From contig OY820579.1 of the NCBI GenBank assembly GCA_963681965.1, forward strand, positions 4,032,001 to 4,096,000: a stretch of 64,000 nucleotides of DNA. The letters run 5' to 3'. A program made the position numbers and the translations under genes. Below, piece after piece: positions 16,886-27,036 of the stretch (positions within the stretch are counted from its first letter, which is position 1; each line of letters opens with the position of its first letter). The notes beneath the pieces are model-generated. The model worked only from the letters and a program-made list of their open reading frames with translations. It did not search any database and had not been told where the DNA came from. The DNA is from a bacterium. Its GTDB lineage: Bacteria > Electryoneota > JAOADG01.

Positions 16886-18844
16886 CTACATCTCACTCTC
16901 GGCACTGCCGTAACCAAGATGATTGCACACCTTCAGATCGCGACGATCCAATTCCTCGATCAATTTCTCGGTCTGCTCGCTGTCCATCTCGATGTGTAAA
17001 AACCGGTAGACCTCTTTCGACATGTTCACATATTCAATCACCCGAATCTCTTTTTTCGCGTCGGCGGAAGCGTTACGTTCCCACAACAGCAATGCGATCC
17101 TTGTTCCCGGCGTAAGATTGCGGAACATCTTCTGCACCGCATCGGCAGCCATTCCGGGCGGTTCTTCGCCAACGGGCGACAAACCACGGCGCGATAGTTT
17201 TGCACCAATCTCCAGACTGGCATATTTCACGCCGGTTGTTTCGTCTTCGACGTCGTATTGTCCTTCGACCAATTGCTCGATCCGGGCAGCATCCATCCGC
17301 AACGCATACTCAATCCGCAGAATTCGACACTCGATTTCGTGTTCTTCCGGTCGCAGTGCCGGGAATAGCACTACATCGCGCAACGTCGGTTGTTGCAGCA
17401 ACCACATGCAGAGACGATCCAGACCCATGCCGAGACCGGCTGTCGGCGGCATCCCGCATTCCAGTGCAAACAGATAGTCTTCATCCATCGGTTGCGTTTC
17501 CGCTTCGCCGCGTGCCCGATTCTTGCGCTGCCCTTCAAACCGTTCGCGCTGATCGACCGGGTCATTCAACTCGCTGAAGCAATTCGCCAATTCCTTACCG
17601 CCGACAATCACTTCGAACCGCTCCACCAATTCCGGATCGTCGCGATGTCGTCGCGCCAACGGCGAAAGCGAGAGCGGATAATCCATCACGAAAGTTGGTT
17701 GAATTAATTTCGGTTCGACCAATTCACCGAACAATTCATCGAGCAATTTCCCGACGCCTGCCAACGGTGGAATTTCCAACTTGTGTTCTTTGAAAATTGA
17801 AATCAGCACCGCTTCATCGGCACGTTTCAGATCTTTTCCAGTCGCTTGCTCCAAGAGGTCGAAGAACTTTGCGCGTCGCCACGGTCCGGCAAAATCGATC
17901 TCGACCTCGCCATACGGAATCTTCGTCGAACCGTTCACTGCCAGCGCGACATACGAAATCATCTCTTCAAACAGATTGCACGCTTCGAGATAATCCGCGA
18001 ATGCCCAGTAAAATTCCAGCATCGTGAATTCGGGTGAATGGAAGCGATCGACCCCTTCGTTGCGGAAGTCTTTGCCGATTTCGTATACGCGCGGCAACCC
18101 GCCTACGATCAGTCGTTTCAGATACAGCTCATCGGCGATGCGGAGATAGAGTTTCTGCTTCAGTTCGTTGTGATAGGTGGTAAAGGGACGCGCCAACGCA
18201 CCACCGTACAACGGTTGCAAGATCGGTGTTTCGACTTCGATGAAACCACGTTCGTCGAGAAATCGTCGCAGCGACGAAACAATTTTTGCGCGCTTGATAA
18301 AGATGTCGCGCACTTCGCGATTGACTGCCAAGTCGATGTAACGTCGCCGGTAGCGTGCTTCCTGATCGCTGAATTCGTAGAATGTTTCGACCACCTGACC
18401 GGATTCGTCGCGCTTCTCTTTCACTGCCGGCAGCGGGCGAACGCATTTCGAGAGCAACGTCCACTCTTTCACCGCAAGTGTCTTTTCGCCAGTCTTGGTC
18501 GACATCAATACACCGCTGGCGCTTACCCAGTCGCCGATATCGACTTGCTTCCAGAGTTGATAGGAGTTCTCGCCGATCGTATCGCGCTTCACATACCATT
18601 GCAAGGCTCGCGTTTCATCTTCGATATGCGCGAAAGACGCTTTGCCCATATCGCGCACGGCGCGAATCCGTCCAGCCAGCTTGATTTCCCGCTGATCGGC
18701 AAACCAACCGTCAAACTGTTCGTGTACTTCCGCTGCGGTCGTGTCGCGATGCGCAATCGGCGGGTACGGATTTACTTGCGCCTGCCGAAATGCTTCCAAT
18801 TTCTTGCGACGCGATTCAATTAACTGTTTTTCACGCGATTCCAT
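16886..18844 (-). CDS. lysS: Lysine--tRNA ligase (class II) with an extra C-terminal region of about 150 aa
   Basis: RYRRRYIDL, EVETPILQ, GGALARPF, YLRIADELYLKRL, FRNEG, GLGMGLDRL, DVVLFP. Confidence 0.95.
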   Translation of the reverse strand: MESREKQLIESRRKKLEAFRQAQVNPYPPIAHRDTTAAEVHEQFDGWFADQREIKLAGRIRAVRDMGKASFAHIEDETRALQWYVKRDTIGENSYQLWKQVDIGDWVSASGVLMSTKTGEKTLAVKEWTLLSKCVRPLPAVKEKRDESGQVVETFYEFSDQEARYRRRYIDLAVNREVRDIFIKRAKIVSSLRRFLDERGFIEVETPILQPLYGGALARPFTTYHNELKQKLYLRIADELYLKRLIVGGLPRVYEIGKDFRNEGVDRFHSPEFTMLEFYWAFADYLEACNLFEEMISYVALAVNGSTKIPYGEVEIDFAGPWRRAKFFDLLEQATGKDLKRADEAVLISIFKEHKLEIPPLAGVGKLLDELFGELVEPKLIQPTFVMDYPLSLSPLARRHRDDPELVERFEVIVGGKELANCFSELNDPVDQRERFEGQRKNRARGEAETQPMDEDYLFALECGMPPTAGLGMGLDRLCMWLLQQPTLRDVVLFPALRPEEHEIECRILRIEYALRMDAARIEQLVEGQYDVEDETTGVKYASLEIGAKLSRRGLSPVGEEPPGMAADAVQKMFRNLTPGTRIALLLWERNASADAKKEIRVIEYVNMSKEVYRFLHIEMDSEQTEKLIEELDRRDLKVCNHLGYGSAESEM

Positions 18845-18884
18845 AAGTCAACTCGTATCTGTTCCGGTCAATGTGTTTATGCGT

Positions 18885-19036
18885 TATAGTGGTTTTTGAA
18901 AATTAGTTGTCGTAATTCGGTGTTCGGCTTCGCCGAACATGTACAAACAAGAGTGTCTGTACCTACAAATACCTGTGGGCGGACACGGGGGTTCGCCCCT
19001 ACTACCGATAACAAATAATTTTCAAGAGATACTATC
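18885..19036. mobile_element. MITE-like element copy 2 with two REP cargos
   Basis: Left end TATAGTGGTTTTTGAAAATTAGTTGTC, right end TAACAAATAATTTTCAAGAGATACTATC (imperfect inverted repeats); colinear with the reverse complement of 46108-46223. Confidence 0.75.
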
Positions 19037-19222
19037 GCTTCTGCTTAGCCGAAGAATATACGAAAAATCGCAAGAGAGAACCGAAATTGCCCGTTAGATT
19101 TACCATTTCCATTCTACTCGCCAGCATAAGTATTTGTATAACATAAACTAACAAAATTATTGATCGAACAAAAAAGAGTGGAATTCACCCGAATTCCACT
19201 CTCGATTCCATGTCTCGAACTC

Positions 19223-20662
19223 TTACCCTTGATATTTTCGCTCGAAGGTGTAGAGTGCGCGCCGCATTCGCTTGAAGGCTTCGTCGATATCGTTCCGGGT
19301 AATATCCAATTGCGGTCGAAAACGCAGCGTCTGTTCGCCACACACCAATGCGAGCAGATGCTGTTTCTTCATAAGATCCCACAATTTTATATGCGGTGAG
19401 TCGATTTTTCGAACGACATCGATTGCCAGCAACAATCCACGTCCGCGGGGATTCAATAAGCTTTTCGGGAATTCGCGGCAGAGCGCATGCAATCCTTCCA
19501 GGAAATACTTCCCCATACTTGCGGCATTATTGAGGAGCTTTTCTTCCTCGATCACATTCAGGATCACAGTCGCACGAACCATATCCGCCGGATTACCGCC
19601 CCACGTCGAATTGATGCGACTATAACTCCCTTCGTGATTGGCAAACACATTGTCCGGCACCAATCCAAAGCGTTTGCTGTCGGCGATGATTCCGCCAACT
19701 TGCGCCTTCTTGGCAAATGCGATCACATCCGGTTTTGCGTCGCTGCCGAAATGCTCGTGCGCCCACATTTTTCCGGTCACACCGAGTCCGGTTTGCACTT
19801 CGTCGTAGATCAGGATTGCATCGAATTCGTTCGCCAGTTTGCGCAATTCCACTAGAAACGAGGGAAGGATGTGCCGGTCGCCTCCTTCGCACTGAATCGG
19901 TTCAATCAAGATCGCGGCGATATCGTTCGGATTCGATTCGAAGATGCGCCGAACTTCGGCAATCGCTTGTTGCGACTTGTGGAGAATCCCTTCGGGATCG
20001 ATCACATTCCCGTTTGCATCGAAGGTTTGGATCGGAGGATCGATGTGCCGGAACCATGGGAATTTCGGGAAATATTTATACTTCTCCGGTTTCGTGTGAG
20101 TGATGGAAAGCGTATATCCGGCACGACCGTGAAAAGCGTGATTAAACCCGATGACTTTCGATCCGATCGGTTGCAACTCTTCTTGCGGATCGTATACATC
20201 GCCTTCCGGGGTGCGATAAATTTTGGCTTGCATATTCATCCGCACTTTCCAGTCGAATGCCGCTTTCAGCGCATTTTCAACCGCAAGCGCCCCCCCTTCG
20301 ACAAAAAAGAAATGCTCGAAATGATGCGGATACGCCGGCATCGCAACGCGCCTGAATGTGTCGACAAATTCCGCCAATTCCTTCGTCCAGAAATCGGAAA
20401 GACTGGGACGATAGCGGGCAGCATCGAACAGTTTTCGTCCAAACGCACGGCGACTGAGTGCCGGGTGATCGTAGCGAATCGCCGCCGAGCCGAAAAATCC
20501 ATTCAGATCAAGAATCGGTTTGCGGCAGCGAAGATCGTGTAAGTAGACCCCTTTCGAACGTAGAAGATCGGGCGTAATCGAAGTCCATAAATCGTCCTGC
20601 AATCCGCCCTGAAGATTGGGAACCCAGATAATTTGCTGCCGAATATCACGATCCATCGTCAC
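19223..20662 (-). CDS. lat: L-lysine 6-transaminase (class III PLP aminotransferase)
   Basis: FFVEGGALAVENALKAAFDWK, AFHGRAGYTLS, EPIQCEGGD, DEVQTG, FAKKAQVGG, RINSTWGGN. Confidence 0.85.
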   Translation of the reverse strand: MTMDRDIRQQIIWVPNLQGGLQDDLWTSITPDLLRSKGVYLHDLRCRKPILDLNGFFGSAAIRYDHPALSRRAFGRKLFDAARYRPSLSDFWTKELAEFVDTFRRVAMPAYPHHFEHFFFVEGGALAVENALKAAFDWKVRMNMQAKIYRTPEGDVYDPQEELQPIGSKVIGFNHAFHGRAGYTLSITHTKPEKYKYFPKFPWFRHIDPPIQTFDANGNVIDPEGILHKSQQAIAEVRRIFESNPNDIAAILIEPIQCEGGDRHILPSFLVELRKLANEFDAILIYDEVQTGLGVTGKMWAHEHFGSDAKPDVIAFAKKAQVGGIIADSKRFGLVPDNVFANHEGSYSRINSTWGGNPADMVRATVILNVIEEEKLLNNAASMGKYFLEGLHALCREFPKSLLNPRGRGLLLAIDVVRKIDSPHIKLWDLMKKQHLLALVCGEQTLRFRPQLDITRNDIDEAFKRMRRALYTFERKYQG

Positions 20663-20904
20663 TATCCCTTTCGCAAGGTTACTTATCGTGCATATTACTT
20701 ATGATAAAATAATATTAAGCATTTGAATGCAGTGAACGCTATAGCTGTATAAATTAAAGATAAAATATACATTATGAAACGACAAAAGTTGTCGCTAATA
20801 GATTTCTGAAAATAAGATCATCGCGAATATATACTTGAAGTGATAGTTTAAGTTTTGAGTGTGGTAAAAGAGTGAGATCACCAAGGAAAATTAAGGATCT
20901 CGAT

Positions 20905-22116
20905 TTACTGAACGTCTTTGTAGAGTCGAGGCACCCGCTCGCTCACCCAGCAGGTTAATTCATAGGGGATTGTTTTCAGCAGTTTACACAGTTCCCAGGC
21001 ATCGATCGTATAGTGTCCCTTCGGTGTCGTTTGTGTACCGAATAAGACTACTTCAACACCCGGTTCAAAACGGTCCTTACCCAAATCGACCATCATCTGA
21101 TCCATACAGATTCGTCCCGCGACACCGTACCGCTTGCCATCGATGAGAACCTGTGCGCGATTGGATAATTGCCGGTTGTAACCGTCGCCGTACCCGATCG
21201 GAACAGTGGCGATCCAAGTGTTCGCTTTCGGTCGATAGGTCAAACCATAGGAAATTCCCTCACCGGCACGAACGCCTTTTACGAACAGCACTTCACTTTT
21301 CAGTGTCATCACCGGTTGTAGTGCGGACAATCGTTTGTCGGCTTTCGGCGAAGGGCGGTAGCCATAGAGAATCAAACCGGGTCGAACCATGTCGAAATGC
21401 GAATCGGGCAGATTGATAATGGCACCGCTATTGGCGATATGTTTGAATTGTGGTTCGATGCCGATTTTCTTCAGTTCGGCGAGTGCCTCTTCAAATCGAG
21501 CCAATTGCAGTTTGGCGAATTCGTCGTTGCGAACATCGGAAGTAGCAAAGTGACTGAATACTCCATCGATTTCGATACCGGGAAGTTGCGCGACGGTTTC
21601 GGCGAATTTCCGTGCACCATCATAAAACACACCCAACCGGCGCATACCGGTATCAAGTTTGAGATGCACGCGCGCTTTTTTTCCAACACGCAAAGCAGTC
21701 TCGCTGATGACATTCGCAATCCGGATCGAAGCACAAGCTAGGGCAATATCGTAGGTGAGGTAATAGCCAATTTGATCGTTGGCAACGCCACCGAGGGCAA
21801 GGATGGGTTTGTCGATGCCAGCTTTTCGCAGCCAGATTCCCTCTTCCAGAAATCCGACGGCAAAGGCGTCGACCCCTTCGGCGGCAAGAAATTCGGACAC
21901 ACGCAATAACCCGTGACCGTATGCTTGCGCTTTAACCGATGCCATGATTTTTGCATGCGGAGCGAATTGTCGCACCAGTTGTAAGTTGTTGCGCAATGCA
22001 CCTAGATCGATTTCAGCATACGTCGGTCGACGACGAATCCCGGGCAACGGCTCCAGTGGTCTGGTGACGAAGCCATTTTCCGATTCCGATTGTGTCGAGA
22101 AGCCGATTTGCATCAT
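20905..22116 (-). CDS. alr: Alanine racemase
   Basis: SVKAQAYGHG, HLKLDTGMRRLG, SHFA, VRPGLILYG, IGYGDG, GRICMDQ. Confidence 0.93.
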   Translation of the reverse strand: MMQIGFSTQSESENGFVTRPLEPLPGIRRRPTYAEIDLGALRNNLQLVRQFAPHAKIMASVKAQAYGHGLLRVSEFLAAEGVDAFAVGFLEEGIWLRKAGIDKPILALGGVANDQIGYYLTYDIALACASIRIANVISETALRVGKKARVHLKLDTGMRRLGVFYDGARKFAETVAQLPGIEIDGVFSHFATSDVRNDEFAKLQLARFEEALAELKKIGIEPQFKHIANSGAIINLPDSHFDMVRPGLILYGYRPSPKADKRLSALQPVMTLKSEVLFVKGVRAGEGISYGLTYRPKANTWIATVPIGYGDGYNRQLSNRAQVLIDGKRYGVAGRICMDQMMVDLGKDRFEPGVEVVLFGTQTTPKGHYTIDAWELCKLLKTIPYELTCWVSERVPRLYKDVQ

Positions 22117-22151
22117 CGAATGTTTCTATTGGTTAATGAAGGTTCGTTAAA

Positions 22152-23316
22152 TCAATCGTCGTCGTCTTTTTGACCTTTGACACGACGCTTGCCCATTAAA
22201 AAGGCGTTGACAAAAGCATCCAGATCGCCATCCATCACCGCTGCGACATTACCGGTTTCGACACCGGTGCGGAGATCCTTCACCATCGTGTACGGCGCAA
22301 ACACGTAGCTGCGGATCTGACTCCCCCACGCGATGTCCGATTTTTGCGATTCGACGATCGCCGATTTCTTGTCATCTTCCTCGCGCTGTTTCGCCAATAA
22401 TTTCGCGGCAAGATACTTCATTGCCGTTTCGCGATTCTTATGCTGCGACCGTTCCTGCTGACAGGTAACGACAATTCCGGAAGGCAAGTGCGTGATTCGA
22501 ACCGCCGATTCCGTGCGATTTACATGCTGTCCACCGGCGCCACTGGCGCGGTAGACATCGATTTTCAGATCTGTTTGATTGATGACGATCGCGCCGGTGT
22601 CTTCCACTTCGGGGTAAACATATACCGCGGCAAAACTCGTGTGACGGCGCGCATTGGCATCGAACGGGCTAATCCGAACAAGGCGGTGAACACCGATTTC
22701 GGCTTTGAGATAACCGTAAGCAAATTCGCCATTCACTTCGATTGCGACTTCCTTGATGCCGGCTTGTTCGCCGGGTTGGAGATCGATCACTTCGTATTTG
22801 AAATCGCGTCGTTCCAACCAGCGGAGGTACATCCTCATCAACATATCCGCCCAGTCCTGCGATTCCGTTCCACCGGCACCGGGCTTGATCGTCATGATGC
22901 AATTCTTCGCATCGTCGGGACCACCGAGCATCTTCCGCAATTCGAGATCTTCGGTTGCAGTCAGAAGCTTAGTCAGTTCGGTCTCGGCTTCCGTCAACGA
23001 TTCGTTGTCTTCCGCTTCGGCAGCGAGTTCGACCAATGCAACGATATCCTCGATACCACTGCATAATTTTTCATAATCGGTAACCCACTTCTTCAAACTG
23101 GAGAGATCTTGTAACGTCTTGCGGGCTAAATCGGGGCTATTCCAGAATTCCGGGTCGGTACTCTGTTTTTCTAATTGATCGATCGCAGATTGTTTGGTAT
23201 CGATTTCAAAGATACCCCCGAAGTTTGGTGATGCGACCTTTCACATCGTCGATTTGCAGGTGGATCGTATTGATCCGCTCGGATAACGGTATCTGCTGTT
23301 CGGTTGACTGATTCAC
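22152..23316 (-). CDS. prfB: Peptide chain release factor 2 with programmed +1 frameshift
   Basis: SPF and GGQ motifs. A first frame from GTG at 23316 (36 codons, ...KLRGYL) ends at GGGGG-TAT-CTT-TGA; the +1 frame continues EIDTKQ...DPEFWN into the 314-aa ORF. Confidence 0.95.
23206..23219 (-). other. prfB +1 ribosomal frameshift site
   Basis: Minus strand GGGGGTATCTTTGA: internal Shine-Dalgarno-like sequence followed by CTT TGA. Confidence 0.92.
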
Positions 23317-23422
23317 TGATTACTTACTTTCGTTGATTTTACAAGATGTGCAAGTACCCACTTGCATCATACTAATTTTGCTTTGTGAGGATGGTTTGAA
23401 AACCTTCCCGTCATCATTCACT

Positions 23423-25171
23423 CTAGAACAATCGATCGATCGAGACTCCCGGATAATATTGTTGAAGGATCGCACGATAATTCTTTTTCTTCAGTGCCAT
23501 CACACCCGCGCCCGTTTGACACATACCGACACCGTGACCGAAACCGGCACCCTTCAACGTGAATTCGGTCGGTACGCCATTCGAATCGACTTCGGCAGTG
23601 ACATAGAAACAACTCGACTGCAACGCTGTCGGCGAGAGTGCCCGGCGAATCACCAACTCTTTCTTGATCCGAAGATTTCGACGGCTACCCAGCAACTCCA
23701 CTTCCAGCACGCGACCACTGACACCGCGCAGAATGGGAATGATATCGTAAATCGTACCGATGTCTTCGCCCCGTTTCTTGCGGAGGATGTCTTCCAAATC
23801 GCGACGGCTAATCGTTACTTCCCACCGGAAATTTTTCGATAACCGGAGTAGCGATGCAACATGCGTGATGCCCGCCGGATTCGAATTCACTTGCGGTTTC
23901 GAATCGATCCAACCACGAACATCTTCCTCACGTCGAAGATCCAATTTCCACTTTTTGCGGGTCGCATCGTCGGCATCCAATCGGCCAATCAAATACGGCA
24001 CAGCCGGAGCTGCCCAGACATTTTCGAAGTTCTCGGTATGTCCACCGGAATTCGCGCAATACTTCGCTTCCGCCAAATCGTGACCGTAGCGCATCACTTC
24101 GCCGGTAGTTTCCGTAACGGCTTGCGATGCCGATTCGATCCGTTTGGTTACGCCGGAATAAGCCTGACAGTGAACATGCGCGCAGAGATGATATTGATCG
24201 TTCAAATGTTTCGTGCCGATCATCGAAATGGTTTCGGAGCGTGCCGCGACGGCTTGTGCTTTCAGCGCCTCGAGCGGAAAATCGCTGGGCATTTCCGATG
24301 GCAATACCCCTTCGATGTAGAGATCCAACGGAAGCTCGTTGATCGCTTCCATCTTCCCTTCGTTGTCAAACCGGATCTCGACGGTTCCGCGATATGATCG
24401 ATTCTCTTCCTTTTCCCATTGGAAACCACTCCCGACTTTCACGTCGAAGAGCATCACTTCGGTTTCCGGGCTTTCGGGTTCGATGCGAAATCCGATATCG
24501 ACCACTTCAGTCACTTGCGCTTCGGAATCGTAGACTTCCATTTTTCCTAGGGTACCGGCGAGTCGCAGACGAACGACGCGAGGTGTCGTCGATTCAACCG
24601 TCGACATTGCGCGCACTGCGTCCTGTTCCTTTGAATAATTGCCGACCAGAACCCGATAGCGTGTATTGTTGCCGATTTCGCGACCGTTGAACATTATCGC
24701 GCCGCCAATTTTTTGAATGGCAGTGTGAATATTCTTCGCGTCGTATTTCTTGCACCCTTGGATTGCTTCCATTTCGGTGGGAAATACATCCGCCATCACG
24801 CAATAGGTAAATCTCGCCTCTTGAACTTTACTTTCCGGTTTCGAGCGCCACTTCAAATCGGAATGATGATTAGTCAGAATCGGAGTTCCATCCAATTTCG
24901 TCAATCGGAATCCGCCTTTGATCTTGAAATCAATCTTCTCATACCCTTCGAGAAGTCCAATCCGGATCAGGGGTTGACCATTCGACGCCATTTTCAGCAA
25001 GTTCGGTTGAAACGATTGATTTTGTTGAAGCGATAACTTGGTTCTAAGTGGTTCCGGCACGGTTGGATCCTCCTTCGGTGGTTTAGCAACTGCGATTACC
25101 GCAAATAAAAGAAGTGCAACGATAACTATTCGTCTCAATGACTCCCCTTGCGATTGCCGCGTGGTAGCCAA
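23423..25171 (-). CDS. SpoIID/LytB-domain peptidoglycan hydrolase with SPOR-like region
   Basis: YIEGVLPSEM, LEALKAQAVAARS, HCQAYSG, GAGFGHGVGMCQTGA; N-terminal signal or TM segment; start uncertain. Confidence 0.85.
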   Translation of the reverse strand: MATTRQSQGESLRRIVIVALLLFAVIAVAKPPKEDPTVPEPLRTKLSLQQNQSFQPNLLKMASNGQPLIRIGLLEGYEKIDFKIKGGFRLTKLDGTPILTNHHSDLKWRSKPESKVQEARFTYCVMADVFPTEMEAIQGCKKYDAKNIHTAIQKIGGAIMFNGREIGNNTRYRVLVGNYSKEQDAVRAMSTVESTTPRVVRLRLAGTLGKMEVYDSEAQVTEVVDIGFRIEPESPETEVMLFDVKVGSGFQWEKEENRSYRGTVEIRFDNEGKMEAINELPLDLYIEGVLPSEMPSDFPLEALKAQAVAARSETISMIGTKHLNDQYHLCAHVHCQAYSGVTKRIESASQAVTETTGEVMRYGHDLAEAKYCANSGGHTENFENVWAAPAVPYLIGRLDADDATRKKWKLDLRREEDVRGWIDSKPQVNSNPAGITHVASLLRLSKNFRWEVTISRRDLEDILRKKRGEDIGTIYDIIPILRGVSGRVLEVELLGSRRNLRIKKELVIRRALSPTALQSSCFYVTAEVDSNGVPTEFTLKGAGFGHGVGMCQTGAGVMALKKKNYRAILQQYYPGVSIDRLF

Positions 25172-26313
25172 CCTTGTTCAACACTATGACGATGCCATTC
25201 CTGCAACAACGCTTTGCCGACACCTGCCCGGCATGACACCGATAATGTCCCAACTTCATTCCATACAAGTCGTAAATCGTTTGAAAAATTCCGTAACTCA
25301 ATCATTAATTCCCGACCGATCGGCGATCCGGGAAAAATACCGCCACCGACGGCTACAATCAAATCGAGCGATTCCACTGCAATACCATCGCCCAACATCG
25401 CTTGAATGGGTCCCGCTTCGTCGGCGGGTGCCAGGATTGTCCATCCCTCCGGTGTCCGGACAGATTTCACGGGAAAGCCCGGCATCCGAATCGCGACTTC
25501 CAATGAATTATCCGGAATCGTAAATGCGATCATTCCGGTGCGGGTTGTCAATGCTGTTATCGGCGTCGGCGAAAAAGCACGGCGAGACACGATCGTTCCG
25601 ATCTTGCCGCTTTCCGCCAAACCGACTGCCAATGGAACGCGACTGTCGCGCGCCAATTCGATCGCATCCGATTGAACCGCTTTCAAACCCGAACGCGACA
25701 GCGATGCGACTTCGTCGTAGTCAAGTGTCTCGAGCAGACGCGCATCGGTCACTTGGTGTGGATCGGCAGTAAAAATACCTTCCACATCTTTGTACAGTTC
25801 GCACCGCGATGCACCTAGCGCTGCAGCCAATGCTACCGCGGTCAAATCCGAGCCGCCTCGTCCGAGGGTAGTGACTTCCTTCTGACGCGAAACACCTTGA
25901 AAGCCGGCGACGACCACAATTTTATTTTCATTCAGCGATTCGCGAATTCGGATCGGTCGGACTTCCAGTATTTTCGCGGCTCCGTGATTCTCATTGGTGA
26001 TTATGCCAACCTGCGATCCGGTATACGACACCGCTTTTTGTTCACCTGCCAATTCGTTGATCGCCATTGCCAGACGGGTCGACGACATGCGCTCGCCCAC
26101 CGCAAGCAACGAATCCAATTCGCGTCGATCGGGATTCGCCGATACTTCCTGCGCCATATTGATCAACTGGTCGGTCAAAGTACCCGGTGCGGAAATCACC
26201 ACGACCAGTTCCTGACCGGTTTCGTGGATTTCCAGCAATCGACGGGCGATCAACTTGATCTGCTCCGCCGTTTCCACGACCCGACCGCCATATTTTTGTA
26301 CAATCAACGCCAT
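25135..26313 (-). CDS. lysC: Aspartate kinase
   Basis: VQKYGG, VVAGFQG, TTLGRGGSDLTA, KDVEGIFTADP; downstream of dapA-dapB. Confidence 0.85.
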   Translation of the reverse strand: MALIVQKYGGRVVETAEQIKLIARRLLEIHETGQELVVVISAPGTLTDQLINMAQEVSANPDRRELDSLLAVGERMSSTRLAMAINELAGEQKAVSYTGSQVGIITNENHGAAKILEVRPIRIRESLNENKIVVVAGFQGVSRQKEVTTLGRGGSDLTAVALAAALGASRCELYKDVEGIFTADPHQVTDARLLETLDYDEVASLSRSGLKAVQSDAIELARDSRVPLAVGLAESGKIGTIVSRRAFSPTPITALTTRTGMIAFTIPDNSLEVAIRMPGFPVKSVRTPEGWTILAPADEAGPIQAMLGDGIAVESLDLIVAVGGGIFPGSPIGRELMIELRNFSNDLRLVWNEVGTLSVSCRAGVGKALLQEWHRHSVEQGWLPRGNRKGSH

Positions 26314-26316
26314 CGA

Positions 26317-27036
26317 TTATCGCAGTCCCAGCGCATCGCCTACAAAATAGAGACCGGGAGCGCGACCGAACAGAAACTTCACCGCTTGTACCACACCCAT
26401 TGCAAATGCCGCACGCGAAAAGGCTTCGTGCGTCAATTCGATCCGTTCACCCGGACCGGAAAACACCAACTTATGATGACCGACGATTTCACCGGCACGG
26501 ACGGCATGGATCGATGGGGGTTTGCCGCGCTCGTTCGCGATGACGCGTCCCAGTTGCAGTGCCGTTCCACTTGGTGCATCCAATTTATGTCGATGATGCA
26601 TCTCGATAATGTCGATATCGTAAATCGGAGGTAACGCACGTGCTGCTTGCGCTGCCAGATCGTAGAGCAAATTGATGCCGAGTGATAAATTCGGTGCGAA
26701 TAAACACGGAATCCTCGTCGCACCGATTCGAACTTCTTCCAATTGATTTTTCGACAAGCCGGTCGTTCCAACAACAATTGGTTTTCCCAACTCGGTCGCC
26801 CACCGGAAATGCAACATCGAAGCATCCGGTTGCGTAAAATCGACAAAGACATCGGCGCGATTGTGTTCGATGACATTGGTGTCGGGTTCGACTTCCAAAC
26901 CATGACGCATCTGCCCAATTATTTCGGATCCCGGATGTTCGTAATATCCGACGAGCGACATCAAATCGGATTGTGCAAATTTTTGTGCGATCGCTTCGCC
27001 CATCTTACCGGCACCGAACAAGGCAACTTTGATCAT
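26317..27036 (-). CDS. dapB: 4-hydroxy-tetrahydrodipicolinate reductase
   Basis: GAGKMG, VDFT, VVGTTG, EMHHRHKLDAPSGTA. Confidence 0.93.
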   Translation of the reverse strand: MIKVALFGAGKMGEAIAQKFAQSDLMSLVGYYEHPGSEIIGQMRHGLEVEPDTNVIEHNRADVFVDFTQPDASMLHFRWATELGKPIVVGTTGLSKNQLEEVRIGATRIPCLFAPNLSLGINLLYDLAAQAARALPPIYDIDIIEMHHRHKLDAPSGTALQLGRVIANERGKPPSIHAVRAGEIVGHHKLVFSGPGERIELTHEAFSRAAFAMGVVQAVKFLFGRAPGLYFVGDALGLR

